A DNA stretch of 64,000 nt from a virus (Duplodnaviria > Caudoviricetes). The notes beneath the pieces were generated by a model. It made no database searches. It saw nothing but the letters and a program-made list of their open reading frames with translations, and was not told the origin of the DNA. Positions within the stretch are counted from its first letter, which is position 1. Each line of letters begins with the position of its first letter. A program made the translations under genes and the position numbers. Below, piece by piece: positions 29,638 through 40,044 of the stretch. The DNA is taken from positions 804 through 64,803 of IMG/VR virus record IMGVR_UViG_3300027856_000008; one strand, 5' to 3'.

Positions 29638-30071
29638 TGACCGTAGCAATAACTTTTAGGCATGACGAGTTAGATTTTCCACAAAGATCTGTTTATAAAG
29701 ATGAACGGACAGGCAGGGTTTTAACATCTGATATTGTGAAAGGTCAGCCCAATTCCCGTTTATTCAATCCTAATGCTGAAAATATTTTATCAATTGGTTT
29801 TATTTGGTCAGCATCTCAGTTGCAGATATTTGAATTCAAGTACATTCAAAATTATAAAAGTGGCGAAGAACGAATAATTTTAACCGTTATGAATGGTGGG
29901 GAACAGCAAGAGGTAATAGGTTTTTTTGGTGGTGGCTATAAAGCAACATACATCGGTACAAATTTATTTAATGTAACTATGCCTTTCTTTGTTGAAACGT
30001 CAGCCACATTGCCTGTGGGCGGCTTTAGTGCTGGTTTTTCTGGTGCGTTTAATTTGGATTTTGGGGGTTAA
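29637..30071 (+). CDS. Distal tail (lambda gpM-like) protein with a GF-rich C-terminal tag
   Basis: Directly follows the TMP; W...Q...FE pattern shared with the two paralogs; ends GGFSAGFSGAFNLDFGG. Confidence 0.55.
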   Translation: MTVAITFRHDELDFPQRSVYKDERTGRVLTSDIVKGQPNSRLFNPNAENILSIGFIWSASQLQIFEFKYIQNYKSGEERIILTVMNGGEQQEVIGFFGGGYKATYIGTNLFNVTMPFFVETSATLPVGGFSAGFSGAFNLDFGG

Positions 30072-30074
30072 GTC

Positions 30075-30458
30075 ATGCCAGCTTGGAATCACTCACAATT
30101 AGGGTTCCCGTTAAAGCAGGGTTATTCATTTGAATTTACCCAAAAGTTAAAGGCTTTTAATGTCTCCGGTGGTGGTACAAGGTTTCGCGAGTTCGATGTT
30201 TTTGCCCCGTATATTGTGACACTTCAATTTAATTTCAGTGAATCTCAATTTATAGCTTTTGAAACGTTTTATAAAACCACTTTGAACAAAGGTACATTGC
30301 CATTTGATATAACGATTTTAACAGGGGTGGGCTTTGTTCAACAGGTGGCAAATTTTTCTGATGGTTACTCGTATGTCAAAGTTGGTAACGATACCAGAGT
30401 CAGTACCAAGTTTTTAGTTAAACGTGATCTTAGTTTGGTTATTGATCCTTTGGCTTAA
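30075..30458 (+). CDS. Distal tail (gpM-like) protein, paralog A
   Basis: Strong similarity to 32492..32992. Confidence 0.65.
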   Translation: MPAWNHSQLGFPLKQGYSFEFTQKLKAFNVSGGGTRFREFDVFAPYIVTLQFNFSESQFIAFETFYKTTLNKGTLPFDITILTGVGFVQQVANFSDGYSYVKVGNDTRVSTKFLVKRDLSLVIDPLA

Positions 30459-30727
30459 TTAAAAAGGTCGCTCAACTACAGGTATTTTTTGCTACGCAAA
30501 ACCGCATTTATTTATTATTCATAAGTCCTGTAAAACCAAAAGACGTTTAACAAAACTTATAAACAAAAAATAAACACTATCACCCGTAGTCACTCCCTAA
30601 ATTATTAATAATATTTTTGATCTTAAAAAAGCTTAAAAGAATAATATTTAATGATAAGTAAGAACTAAGAAGGGATCACGCTACAGCCTTTTAAAAATAA
30701 GGGGTGTTTTTCCGAAATAGGTACTGG

Positions 30728-30882
30728 CAGTATCAGTATAGGTGATCCATAGTATTAATAAATTGATACGCTCAGTATTATAATTCGGACTGTAAAGCTC
30801 ATATAGTTAAGATTTTGAGTATTAATTAATTGACACTGTTAGTCTGGTTTGTAATACTGAGCGTATCAACTAACTGATACTG
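30728..30882. repeat. Nested inverted repeats upstream of the RepL-like gene (candidate origin/operator)
   Basis: TTGATACGCTCAGTATTA 30763-30780 / TAATACTGAGCGTATCAA 30852-30869 (perfect 18 bp) and CAGTATCAGT 30728-30737 / ACTGATACTG 30873-30882; TTGACA at 30830. Confidence 0.8.
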
Positions 30883-30892
30883 GCTTAATAAA

Positions 30893-31408
30893 ATGACTGA
30901 CTTAGCAACAAGACATAGTAAAAACCCTTTCGTAGAAAATCTAATGATCCCAATAGGCGGAAAAAACATATCAATCAATACGTTAGGTAAAGATAATAAT
31001 GTATTGGTTAATCAAAATACAGGAGAAATAACGGGTACTCATGTTGTAGCAAGAAAGCGAGTCGATAAAGAATCTTTTGTAAAAGTTTTTGCTAACCATA
31101 TGTCATATACCTTTGATTTAACGAAAGCTGGTAACAAGGCTTTGCGTGTTGTTATGTGGTTAATGCAGCGTTCAAGTATTGATAAAGACACTGTTCGCCT
31201 TGATAAATATGGTTTAGAAGAATTCTTGGAATATTATGAAACCGAAGATCTAGCTTTGAGTTTGCCAACATTTAAAAGAGGTATACAGGAATTAGAAAAG
31301 GCGAAGATAATAGCTAAAACTAAGCGTTTATCAGTATATTATATAAACCCAAGCTGTATTTTTAATGGCGATAGAATTGCGTTTACGACATTAATTGAGA
31401 GTGAATAA
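30893..31408 (+). CDS. Plasmid-type replication protein (RepL-like winged helix)
   Basis: VNQNTGEI, VDKESFVKVF, LSLPTFKRGIQELEKAKIIAK and YYINPSCIFNGDR are typical of RepL-like plasmid Rep proteins. Confidence 0.75.
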   Translation: MTDLATRHSKNPFVENLMIPIGGKNISINTLGKDNNVLVNQNTGEITGTHVVARKRVDKESFVKVFANHMSYTFDLTKAGNKALRVVMWLMQRSSIDKDTVRLDKYGLEEFLEYYETEDLALSLPTFKRGIQELEKAKIIAKTKRLSVYYINPSCIFNGDRIAFTTLIESE

Positions 31409-31446
31409 ATTAAATAGGTGATTCATGGGGCATTATTTATATAAAT

Positions 31447-31710
31447 ATGAAGATCAGCAAAATAACCTTTTATATGTTGGTGAGACAAAAGATCCAAAAG
31501 GGCGGTAGCAAGTCAGGTGGAACATCGGCTCACCTTTTAGCGGGATTAAGCCGTGAAATTAATAATAAAAGTTTTAGTATAACTTTTAGGGATGAAAATT
31601 TTACTTATCTAAATAGCGGTGATGTTGATAATTATAATTCAATTGAATATATGATATATAGATTCTATAAAGCTATAGGAATTAAGCTTAATACTATTTT
31701 AAACGTTTAA
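31447..31710 (+). CDS. Hypothetical protein
   Basis: ORF only; weak RBS. Confidence 0.35.
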   Translation: MKISKITFYMLVRQKIQKGGSKSGGTSAHLLAGLSREINNKSFSITFRDENFTYLNSGDVDNYNSIEYMIYRFYKAIGIKLNTILNV

Positions 31711-31772
31711 TAATGTGACAAATAACCCCGTTTTATCTATGATTGTCTATTAAATAATCTTAAGGTGATGAT

Positions 31773-32096
31773 ATGAAAGACGAGAAGTTAATTAAAAAAT
31801 TACTTTCAAGCAAATGTTTTTATCGTGCCGAAGATGGGCGTTTGATAATAAAGATCACAAGCTCAAGTCAATCTGGTGGACAGTGCCAATCTATAGGGGG
31901 TCATTTATTACGGGCTATCTCCGCTGGTGAAACTGATTTTATTATTGATTTACCAGCCAATGTATCTGTTACAGCTATGCAAATAATAAACGGGGCGATA
32001 AAAGCATTGAGGTGTAAAATTGAGTTAACAGGGTTCGGGCTTGCTGAATATAATAGGCGATATTGGAACTTGAATGATGCCGTTAAAATGGCATGA
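31773..32096 (+). CDS. Hypothetical protein
   Basis: AAGGTG RBS. Confidence 0.5.
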   Translation: MKDEKLIKKLLSSKCFYRAEDGRLIIKITSSSQSGGQCQSIGGHLLRAISAGETDFIIDLPANVSVTAMQIINGAIKALRCKIELTGFGLAEYNRRYWNLNDAVKMA

Positions 32097-32431
32097 GTTT
32101 ATCTTGTGAGCATGAGGCATTAGTTTTAGAGCGTGATCAGGAAATATTAAAACTAAAACAAAAAATAAGAGATCTTGAATATAGCGTTCATAATCTTAAA
32201 ACAAAAAGGGCTTATGCAGGGGATCATGATTTGCCCTATGGTATTTTTGAAACGTATAATACGGTTATCAGAAAGGGCAAAGAATACACCTATACAATGA
32301 TTAGGGCTTGTGCCAAAGATAAACACGGCAAACGCAGATTTTTTATTAGGAACTTTGGTAAATGTCGCACAAGGGAACAGGCCGTTAAACTGGCAACTGA
32401 TTGGCAAAAATCTATGATTAAAAATGGCTAA
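32093..32431 (+). CDS. Coiled coil plus AP2-like DNA-binding domain
   Basis: DLPYGI.E...RNFGKCRTREQAVKLATDW; paralog of 44845 and 45132. Confidence 0.55.
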   Translation: MSLSCEHEALVLERDQEILKLKQKIRDLEYSVHNLKTKRAYAGDHDLPYGIFETYNTVIRKGKEYTYTMIRACAKDKHGKRRFFIRNFGKCRTREQAVKLATDWQKSMIKNG

Positions 32432-32491
32432 AATCCACTAGCAAAACCATGAACTATAATTACCCGATATAAATACAAATTGTATCGAATT

Positions 32492-32992
32492 ATGCCAAGT
32501 TGGAATCATAGCGTTCTAGGAAACGCTCTAAGCAAGTCTTACAGTTTTGAATACTCTGACAGATTAAAAACATTTGCTGTCGCTGGTGGTGTTCGTAGGC
32601 TGCGAGAATTCGATATTCTTAACCCTTACCTGTTAAATCTGCAATGGAACTTTAAACCGAGCCAATTTATAGCATTTGAAACCTTTTTTATTAATGAATT
32701 GGGTCAGGGTGAATTATTGTTCGATATGGATCTGTTAACTGGTGTCGGGTTCCAATCTCAAGAGTGCTTATTTTTAGACGGCTATACTTATGTTAAGGTC
32801 GGAAATGATACTAGGGTCACAGCTAAGATGATTGTTAAGCGGGATTTTAATTTAATTCGGTTGCCTGATCTCGGTGAGTTTTACGACATAATAGATGCCC
32901 GTACAAGCTCAAATCCAGCAATAGATATTATTGATTCGATATTATCAGCCGTTGATATTGTAGACGGTGGCAAGTCTAAGGATTATTTATAA
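32492..32992 (+). CDS. Distal tail (gpM-like) protein, paralog B, with an acidic DII(D)/DGG tail
   Basis: MPSWNHS...YVKVGNDTRV as in 30075, plus C-terminal DIID..DIID..DIVDGG. Confidence 0.65.
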   Translation: MPSWNHSVLGNALSKSYSFEYSDRLKTFAVAGGVRRLREFDILNPYLLNLQWNFKPSQFIAFETFFINELGQGELLFDMDLLTGVGFQSQECLFLDGYTYVKVGNDTRVTAKMIVKRDFNLIRLPDLGEFYDIIDARTSSNPAIDIIDSILSAVDIVDGGKSKDYL

Positions 32993-33501
32993 TGGCATTA
33001 TCAGATCGCATTAAACGATGGTTTTCAAGTAATACAAGCGGTGGTGTTTTATTCTATGTATTGCACTTTTCACATAGTTCATTTGGTGATTTCTGGTTAA
33101 ATGATCTTGGTGATGATGTGACGGTGATCCTCGAGGACACATTCACTAATGAGCTAACAACTTTCATTCCTTTTAAATTGAGCTTTTCACCTATTAAAAA
33201 TTCAACATTGCAGGAAATAAAAGTAAATATTGATAATGTTGATAACACTATTTATAACGCGATTAGGGCTATTCCCTTAATTGATATGAATGAATTGATC
33301 CAAGTAGAGATCAGATTCTATTTAAATGATGATTTAGGCACACCGCAAACAGATGTACCCATTAGGTTAGAAGTTGAAAAGGTCGATGCGAAAGGCACTT
33401 CATTACAAATTGGTTTAGTTGCCCCGAATCTGCGTGATGTTAAAAAGTTTTTAAGATATAACCCGAACAGATTTCCAACCCTATACACGTTATTTAGGTA
33501 A
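32992..33501 (+). CDS. Minor tail protein (gpL/DUF1833-like)
   Basis: LHFSHSSF, FIPF, IDNVD and RYNPNRFPTL. Confidence 0.7.
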   Translation: MALSDRIKRWFSSNTSGGVLFYVLHFSHSSFGDFWLNDLGDDVTVILEDTFTNELTTFIPFKLSFSPIKNSTLQEIKVNIDNVDNTIYNAIRAIPLIDMNELIQVEIRFYLNDDLGTPQTDVPIRLEVEKVDAKGTSLQIGLVAPNLRDVKKFLRYNPNRFPTLYTLFR

Positions 33502-33506
33502 ATACT

Positions 33507-33938
33507 ATGGTATATACAGCCCCCTACATCAAATACATGGACATTAAATATAATTTATACGGAAATAGTGTTCGGGATGGTTTTAATTGTTGGACTTTTG
33601 CGCGTTATTATCTGAAACAAGAATACGATTTAAATATTAATGATTATATTGAATTCGAGCTAGATAATATTATCACTTCATCTGTTATTCATACGACCAG
33701 AGCTATTAAAACTCATTGCGAAAACCAAACTAAAATAGTTAGAACTTATGATCCCGCTGATGGTGACATTTGTTTTATGGGTTGTGGCTCAAGATTAACT
33801 CATATAGGCGTTATTACTTCAAATGGGGTGGTACATTGCCATAGAGGGCATTCGGGCATTGGGATGGTTATATTCACCCCATTTGAGCGTTTAAATAGTT
33901 TGTTTTCAAAAAGTGAGTTTTACACATGGCGACAATAA
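33507..33938 (+). CDS. NlpC/P60 tail assembly protein (gpK-like)
   Basis: GFNCWTF...THIGV...VVHC catalytic pattern. Confidence 0.8.
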   Translation: MVYTAPYIKYMDIKYNLYGNSVRDGFNCWTFARYYLKQEYDLNINDYIEFELDNIITSSVIHTTRAIKTHCENQTKIVRTYDPADGDICFMGCGSRLTHIGVITSNGVVHCHRGHSGIGMVIFTPFERLNSLFSKSEFYTWRQ

Positions 33939-36463
33939 TTTTTAGAAATAATTTACTTAAGCAAAACGAATACGATATTGTTGAAGTAGAGACAGGCGGA
34001 TATCTTATTGATCACTTAATGGATTATTGGATCGATAAAGCACCTAAAAATTTAGAAGTCTATGAAGGTCTGATAACCGAAGCATCTAAATTATCATTTG
34101 AACAATTATCACATTATCAAATGAAAAAGGACGATGTTATACATGCTATCTCATGCCCCGCTGATGCCGCAACGGTAGGTTTTGTGGTTCTAGGTTTGAT
34201 TATTGGGGTTCTTGGTGCTGCGTTAATACCAGAGCCAAAATTATCGCAAAGATCTTCGCCTAACCCATCGAGAACAATTAGCGGTCAGACTAATATTGCT
34301 AGGCCGAATCAACGAGTACCAGAAATATTTGGTAAAAATGTCATTTATCCTGACTTAGCGGCAAATTCCATTAGTGAATATAGAAATCAGATCCAGTATG
34401 TAACCGAATTATTAGTTGTTGGTGTTGGGTTTTACGAAGTGGATATATTAGATACATTCACGCCCACAAAAAATAACTTAAGATCTGGTACAACCTTGCT
34501 TGATGATATGGCAGAAGCAACATATGAAATTTTTGATCCTGCTGATGAAATAGTCGATTTGCTTGATGTGCGCGATATGAACGAGGTCGATGGTCAAGAG
34601 ATAGTTGGTCAAAATACGGCATCTGGAACAATAAGAAACTTGGCATCTATGCGTTGGTTAGGGAGTAGTTTTGAAGTAAGCACAGCAGATGGTAATTGGA
34701 TTGATGATCATTTTAGTGCCAGTGATCCGCTTGAAATATTAGAAGGGCCAAACATAGGTACTTTTACGTTTTTAAGTATTTCTTTTGAGCCAGAACTAGG
34801 TAAGGCAATTGTTGATGTGACGGAGTTACCAGCCGTATCTGGTACGCAGTTCAATATAGATATTTCAACAGATGCTGCGACACCTAATTTTATAGGGCCA
34901 TTAACGTTACCAACTATAGCCGAACAGATCTGGATAGATTTAAAATTGCCGAGGGGTTTATCTGCTAATGATGCGGATTCGACTGTTACTTTGACTTTTC
35001 AATTTAATCTAATTAACCAGACCACAGGGGCGGTATTGGAAACGATAAATTTCAGTCAGTTGATAACAGAAAATACTTATGACGAGTTAAACTTTACATT
35101 TAAATTTTTCGCAAGGCAGAAGTTTATAGACGAGGGAGCAACTACGATACCGAATTTAGAAGATTTTTATTCGGTGAAGATAACTAATAATACTGCGGAT
35201 AGTCCTAATTCAGCCAATCCAGACACTGTTCAATGGAGTAGGGCGGCATCGGTTACAAGAATTATTGATGAAGGTGAGCTATTCAGAACGTTCCCTGATA
35301 CGACATTGATTAGGTTGGAGACTAGGGCAACAGCTTTTGCTAGTTCGTTAAAAGAGCGACAGTTTAACGGGGTATTTACCCGCAAGTTACCTGTTTATAA
35401 TCCTATTACAAATACATTTGGTGTAACACCTGTTGCGACTCGGCAAATGATGGATGCTTTTTTGTATATGGCAACAAATGATTTTGGGGCAGGGTTCGCG
35501 TTAACCGATATTGATGGGGTCGGTATTGATGCGATACAGGATAAGTTAAATTTAATTGATATTATCGCACCTAAGACAAGAGGGAATCAGGGCGAATGTA
35601 ATCTAATTTTAAGTGAGCTTACAAGTCCAGATCAGGATTTGATCACGATTGCTAATACTTGCCGTTGCTTTGTATTTCGTGAAGGGCAGATCTTAAAATT
35701 AACTCTTGATGAAAAAGACAAAACACCTACCGCTTTATTCAATAGAAGAAATAAAACGGTTAATGAGACAAAAACTTTTGAGTTTAGCCAATCAACAACA
35801 CCCGATGGTATTAAATTAACGTTTGTAGACGAGACAGAGAACTACATTGAGCGCATTTATGAGATACCCATAAATAGAACAGCTAAACAGCCCTTAGAAT
35901 TGCAGATAGACGGTATCACGAATTGGGAACAGGCATATAGAAGGGGTCGTTTTGAATTTAATCGACTCCAACTTCAAAATATACAGGCTAGTATCGAAAC
36001 AACTTATGATGGGCGTGTAATTGGTCTTAATGATTTGATCTTGAATGTTGATGCTATTGGTATCAAGCTCGATGATGGTAACGTTGTTGACGCAATAGGA
36101 ACGACTTTAATTATTAGTAACGAATTTGTTTTTGCTGCCAGCACATATACGATTACTTTAAGAGATCCACTAGGTACTGAAATATTTCAAACATCAGTGA
36201 TAGATGGAGCAGGAGCGAACAGGGTTATTATTGGTAGTTTGCCACCGTTTGAAATTGTTCCCGCTGGAACGAATAATGAAGTTGGAACTTTATATTCAAT
36301 AATCGATGATACCGATTCTAATGTCGATAGATACCTTGTAACTGGAATTACACCAAGTGATGATTTGACAAAAATCACGTTAACAAATTTCGATGAAGGT
36401 ATTTATGCCAATGATTCACCGTTTGCGGTACCCGATAAAAATACAGAATTAAATATCAACTAA
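33926..36463 (+). CDS. Tail tip/central tail protein (gpI-gpJ-like)
   Basis: N.ARPNQRVPEIFG...YPDL and W.QAYRRG; size and position. Confidence 0.8.
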   Translation: MATIIFRNNLLKQNEYDIVEVETGGYLIDHLMDYWIDKAPKNLEVYEGLITEASKLSFEQLSHYQMKKDDVIHAISCPADAATVGFVVLGLIIGVLGAALIPEPKLSQRSSPNPSRTISGQTNIARPNQRVPEIFGKNVIYPDLAANSISEYRNQIQYVTELLVVGVGFYEVDILDTFTPTKNNLRSGTTLLDDMAEATYEIFDPADEIVDLLDVRDMNEVDGQEIVGQNTASGTIRNLASMRWLGSSFEVSTADGNWIDDHFSASDPLEILEGPNIGTFTFLSISFEPELGKAIVDVTELPAVSGTQFNIDISTDAATPNFIGPLTLPTIAEQIWIDLKLPRGLSANDADSTVTLTFQFNLINQTTGAVLETINFSQLITENTYDELNFTFKFFARQKFIDEGATTIPNLEDFYSVKITNNTADSPNSANPDTVQWSRAASVTRIIDEGELFRTFPDTTLIRLETRATAFASSLKERQFNGVFTRKLPVYNPITNTFGVTPVATRQMMDAFLYMATNDFGAGFALTDIDGVGIDAIQDKLNLIDIIAPKTRGNQGECNLILSELTSPDQDLITIANTCRCFVFREGQILKLTLDEKDKTPTALFNRRNKTVNETKTFEFSQSTTPDGIKLTFVDETENYIERIYEIPINRTAKQPLELQIDGITNWEQAYRRGRFEFNRLQLQNIQASIETTYDGRVIGLNDLILNVDAIGIKLDDGNVVDAIGTTLIISNEFVFAASTYTITLRDPLGTEIFQTSVIDGAGANRVIIGSLPPFEIVPAGTNNEVGTLYSIIDDTDSNVDRYLVTGITPSDDLTKITLTNFDEGIYANDSPFAVPDKNTELNIN

Positions 36464-36497
36464 ACTTATGTAAAGATTTTTTATTTAAGAGTTGACC

Positions 36498-39400
36498 ATG
36501 ACTACAGAAAATAAGCGTATGCAACAATTGCGTGATACAAGCGTAAATTGGGCAGCGAATAACCCTGTTTTATTAGATGGGGAAATAGCATGGTCAACCA
36601 ATACAGCGGTAATGAAAATCGGGGATGGAGTTTTAACCTATAACGCATTGCCAGAGTTTACACCTGTTGCGACAGTTGCCTTGATTGGCGATATTGGTAA
36701 TGTTGTGATCACCGCACCTACCACAACCCAATTTTTAAGATTTAATGGCGTTAATTGGATTAACTCAGATACAGATCTAGATGCCCTTTCAGATGTAGAT
36801 ACCACAGGCGCAATATCAGGCGATTCATTAGTCTTTGATGGTTTTAACTGGAAACCTGTTCTTGTTACAACTGGTGGTGCTGGTGCGGTTGAATTAGATG
36901 ATCTGATCGATGTTGATACAACAACAGTTGCCCCTATATCTGGCAATCATTTAATATTTAATGGTGCTGTTTGGACACCAGAACAAGGCAATCAATTTAC
37001 AACCATTGATTATACCCCGATAGCACAGCCAGCATTTTTAGAGGGTCGTACTTTTTACGATAGTTCGGAAGATGGTTTTTTCTATTTTAATAATGATTCA
37101 ACTGTCGCTTTTGAGTATAGCGATTTAATAATTGAAGTTAGAAATAATACTGGCTCAGTAATCAATAGAGGGGCAGCGGTTTATGTAACTGGTACTTTAG
37201 GACAAAGACCGACTATAGCACTGGCACAAGCAGATTCAGTAACCACAGCGAGAGTTGCGGGGATCGTTGCTTCAACTTCAATACCTAATAATTCTAATGG
37301 TTATATTATGCGAAGTGGCGTTTTAAGAAACGCTAATACAAGTGCTTTTGTTGATGGTGATTTATTGTATTTATCGCCAAGTGTTGCTGGTGGATTTACT
37401 ACAACAAAACCTGTTGCCAGTGATGAAATACCAATTATTTTAGGTAGTATTTTATTTAGTAATCCGTCACAGGGCAAAGCATATGTTCAGATTAGGCGTG
37501 AAATAAATGTACTCGATGATCTGTTAGATGTTGTTGTTTCAAGCCCTAGTGAAAAGCAAAGTTTAGCTTATAACGCAACAACTGGAATATGGGAGAATAG
37601 AGGGCCAATATTGTGGGGTCTTGATGATAGAGACATTAAGCCGAATGTAGCGCATATAGATCAAGAAATTGATGTTAGAACTTATTTCACATCTTTGGAG
37701 GGTTTAACAGGAACAGCGGGAGTAAATTTTCAAGATTTGTTAGTTATGGACACTTGGAAAGATGCCAGCGGTGGAGATTTAAACGCACTTGCTTTTGATA
37801 AATCAGAAAAATTATTAAGGCTTTACCAAGCAGCCCCAAGCGCCACAACATGGGGTACACCTTTCACGCTGGCTTTTCTTGAAAAGGCGCAATCATGGTC
37901 AGCATTTCAAACTTTTGATGGTAATATTGATGTTGGTCAAATAAATAATAGCGCTGTAATTGCTTTTTTAAATGGTGGCTTGGCACAAGGTATTAATACA
38001 GGTCAGGTATTAATATCAAACTCTTATGCCGATGTATCGTTAGTGCCTACTAATGGCATGTATTCAAAGGGTGTAATTAGGTCGGGTGTAGCTGGTGGAA
38101 CAGCCCCTTTTGTTGTTGCCAGTACAACGACAGTTATAAATTTAAGTGCGGATAGATTAGATGATAAAGAGGCGGCAGATTTTATTCTATTTGATCAATT
38201 AAGTGATCCATCATTATTCCCTAAAGATTGGGTAACAGCTGGGATGATTGCCCCAGCTTTAATCTCAACACAGCATATTGACGCAAGGGGGTGGACTCAG
38301 GAAACAGATTGGACATCAAGTTTGAGGGTTATTGATAGTGATGGTAATTCAACTTATGTTTTTGGAACAAGTACAAACGGGCAGTCGAACAGAGATCTAA
38401 CCGAAATGAATCTTACAGATGTTCCCGATTCAGCTATACAAGTTTCAACTCAAGTGGGCAGGCGTGGAGCATTTTTAGTAGCAACTAATACAACAGTTAA
38501 CAGGCAGCATAACCCACCCTTTACATGGGTGTGTACCGCACAAGATATTTTTATGTGTGAAATATCAATGGTTAGAGCGTCTGGAACAGGTCAGTTTTTC
38601 TTTGGTGGCACATCAGCAACAAGTGAAGATGATTTAACACCGATAACGCATGAGGTTTTAGAGTGGAATTTCACAACTAAACAATGGGATGCTAAAGCAG
38701 ATTTTGGTAATACTTATTTTTGGTCGGGTTTTACTGTTGGTGCGTGGATCGATGTTAAATCGTATATTGTTGGGCATGAAGTTTTAGCGTCAGATATACC
38801 GCCACCATCTTTAATAATAGGTGATGTTGCTCAAGATGCTGGCACTATTCAAGCTATAAGACTCAAAGCAGATAAGCGGTTTGCTTATACTAGATTTTTA
38901 AATTGGGACACCCCAACAGCAAATGGTTATTTTGCTAATCACAGGGTAACAGATATGGCTATGGGGCGCATTTTAGCAACCCATATTCATACCGAAAACC
39001 TATCGGCTGTATCGGCTAATTTAGGAACAATTAAAGCTGGTAATATATCTATTGAAGATCCAGACGATGCGAGAAATAGAGTTGTTTTAGATCCAGCATC
39101 AGAAGCGCCATTCGTTATAACTGGTTCGGATGGTACAGCAGGAGCGACCCCAAAAACTGTTTTAAATGTAAGCTATGGTAATGATACAACCGAAGCATCA
39201 TTAACCATAGAAGGCTTTGTTAATGGCACAGCGGGATCGGAGTTTATAAAATCTGGTGGCGCATTTACCGACCAAGCAATAAAAGATATTAACCCTTGGT
39301 TTGCTGGTGGAGGAACGGAGGGCAATACAGGTTCATCTAGTGTAACAACTAATATCCAAGTATCTGCAACAACTGGTGCTGGTGTCACAGATATAAATAT

Positions 39401-40040
39401 TACTTTTGATATATTTAATGGTGGTAGTTATAGAGATTTCGCCTCAAGTAGAGGGTGGACATCGCAAAGTGTAAGGGTTCAAATAAGGAAAGGATCAGTC
39501 GGTGGTTCAATATTATTTGATCAAACATTTAATGGAAGTGCTTCAAATGTTAAAGATACGGAATCTGGTAGTCCGTCATTTGGTTTATGGGATGGTGATT
39601 ACTCAACAGTAGCCAATGGCAGCGTGTCAGATGGAAACGCAACAGAAAGCGCGACCACAACATATTTTATGGTGATAACTGTCACAGGTGGTACGGCATC
39701 AGGGCAGGATTCGACTTATGCCGTTAACGAGTTTAAAGCATTGCCTATAGGCTGGTTGATGCCTGTTATTTCTTCTGTTCAAAACGGTTATTGGAAAGAT
39801 CCGTCAACTGGTATGATAATTCAATGGGGTCAAAGATCTGTCGGTGCCAATGCGACTAGTGGCTTGTTTAATTTGCCTGTTGCGTTTCCTGTTCTAAACG
39901 CAATAAGTATTGCTGATAGTATGGAGAATAGCGCATCGTCACAACCAGCAATGGTTATAACTAAAACAAAGTCACAAATTAATATTATAAATGGTGCTGG
40001 CAGTACGCAAACATGCCAATTTATAGCGATAGGATTTTAA
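36498..40040 (+). CDS. Tail fibre/receptor-binding protein
   Basis: Mtd_N-like start (RDTSVNWAANNPVLLDGEI...KIGDG...NALP), shaft repeats, LSAVSANLGTI and gp53-like C-terminus GMIIQWG..FP..AIG. Confidence 0.85.
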   Translation: MTTENKRMQQLRDTSVNWAANNPVLLDGEIAWSTNTAVMKIGDGVLTYNALPEFTPVATVALIGDIGNVVITAPTTTQFLRFNGVNWINSDTDLDALSDVDTTGAISGDSLVFDGFNWKPVLVTTGGAGAVELDDLIDVDTTTVAPISGNHLIFNGAVWTPEQGNQFTTIDYTPIAQPAFLEGRTFYDSSEDGFFYFNNDSTVAFEYSDLIIEVRNNTGSVINRGAAVYVTGTLGQRPTIALAQADSVTTARVAGIVASTSIPNNSNGYIMRSGVLRNANTSAFVDGDLLYLSPSVAGGFTTTKPVASDEIPIILGSILFSNPSQGKAYVQIRREINVLDDLLDVVVSSPSEKQSLAYNATTGIWENRGPILWGLDDRDIKPNVAHIDQEIDVRTYFTSLEGLTGTAGVNFQDLLVMDTWKDASGGDLNALAFDKSEKLLRLYQAAPSATTWGTPFTLAFLEKAQSWSAFQTFDGNIDVGQINNSAVIAFLNGGLAQGINTGQVLISNSYADVSLVPTNGMYSKGVIRSGVAGGTAPFVVASTTTVINLSADRLDDKEAADFILFDQLSDPSLFPKDWVTAGMIAPALISTQHIDARGWTQETDWTSSLRVIDSDGNSTYVFGTSTNGQSNRDLTEMNLTDVPDSAIQVSTQVGRRGAFLVATNTTVNRQHNPPFTWVCTAQDIFMCEISMVRASGTGQFFFGGTSATSEDDLTPITHEVLEWNFTTKQWDAKADFGNTYFWSGFTVGAWIDVKSYIVGHEVLASDIPPPSLIIGDVAQDAGTIQAIRLKADKRFAYTRFLNWDTPTANGYFANHRVTDMAMGRILATHIHTENLSAVSANLGTIKAGNISIEDPDDARNRVVLDPASEAPFVITGSDGTAGATPKTVLNVSYGNDTTEASLTIEGFVNGTAGSEFIKSGGAFTDQAIKDINPWFAGGGTEGNTGSSSVTTNIQVSATTGAGVTDINITFDIFNGGSYRDFASSRGWTSQSVRVQIRKGSVGGSILFDQTFNGSASNVKDTESGSPSFGLWDGDYSTVANGSVSDGNATESATTTYFMVITVTGGTASGQDSTYAVNEFKALPIGWLMPVISSVQNGYWKDPSTGMIIQWGQRSVGANATSGLFNLPVAFPVLNAISIADSMENSASSQPAMVITKTKSQINIINGAGSTQTCQFIAIGF

Positions 40041-40044
40041 TGTT

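Noticed and set aside
11166-39388. Numerous minus-strand and alternate-frame ORFs in the track (e.g. 11166, 16071, 19685, 27549, 36638)
   Set aside because: They lie wholly within well-supported plus-strand genes and have no RBS or motifs; they are shadow ORFs.
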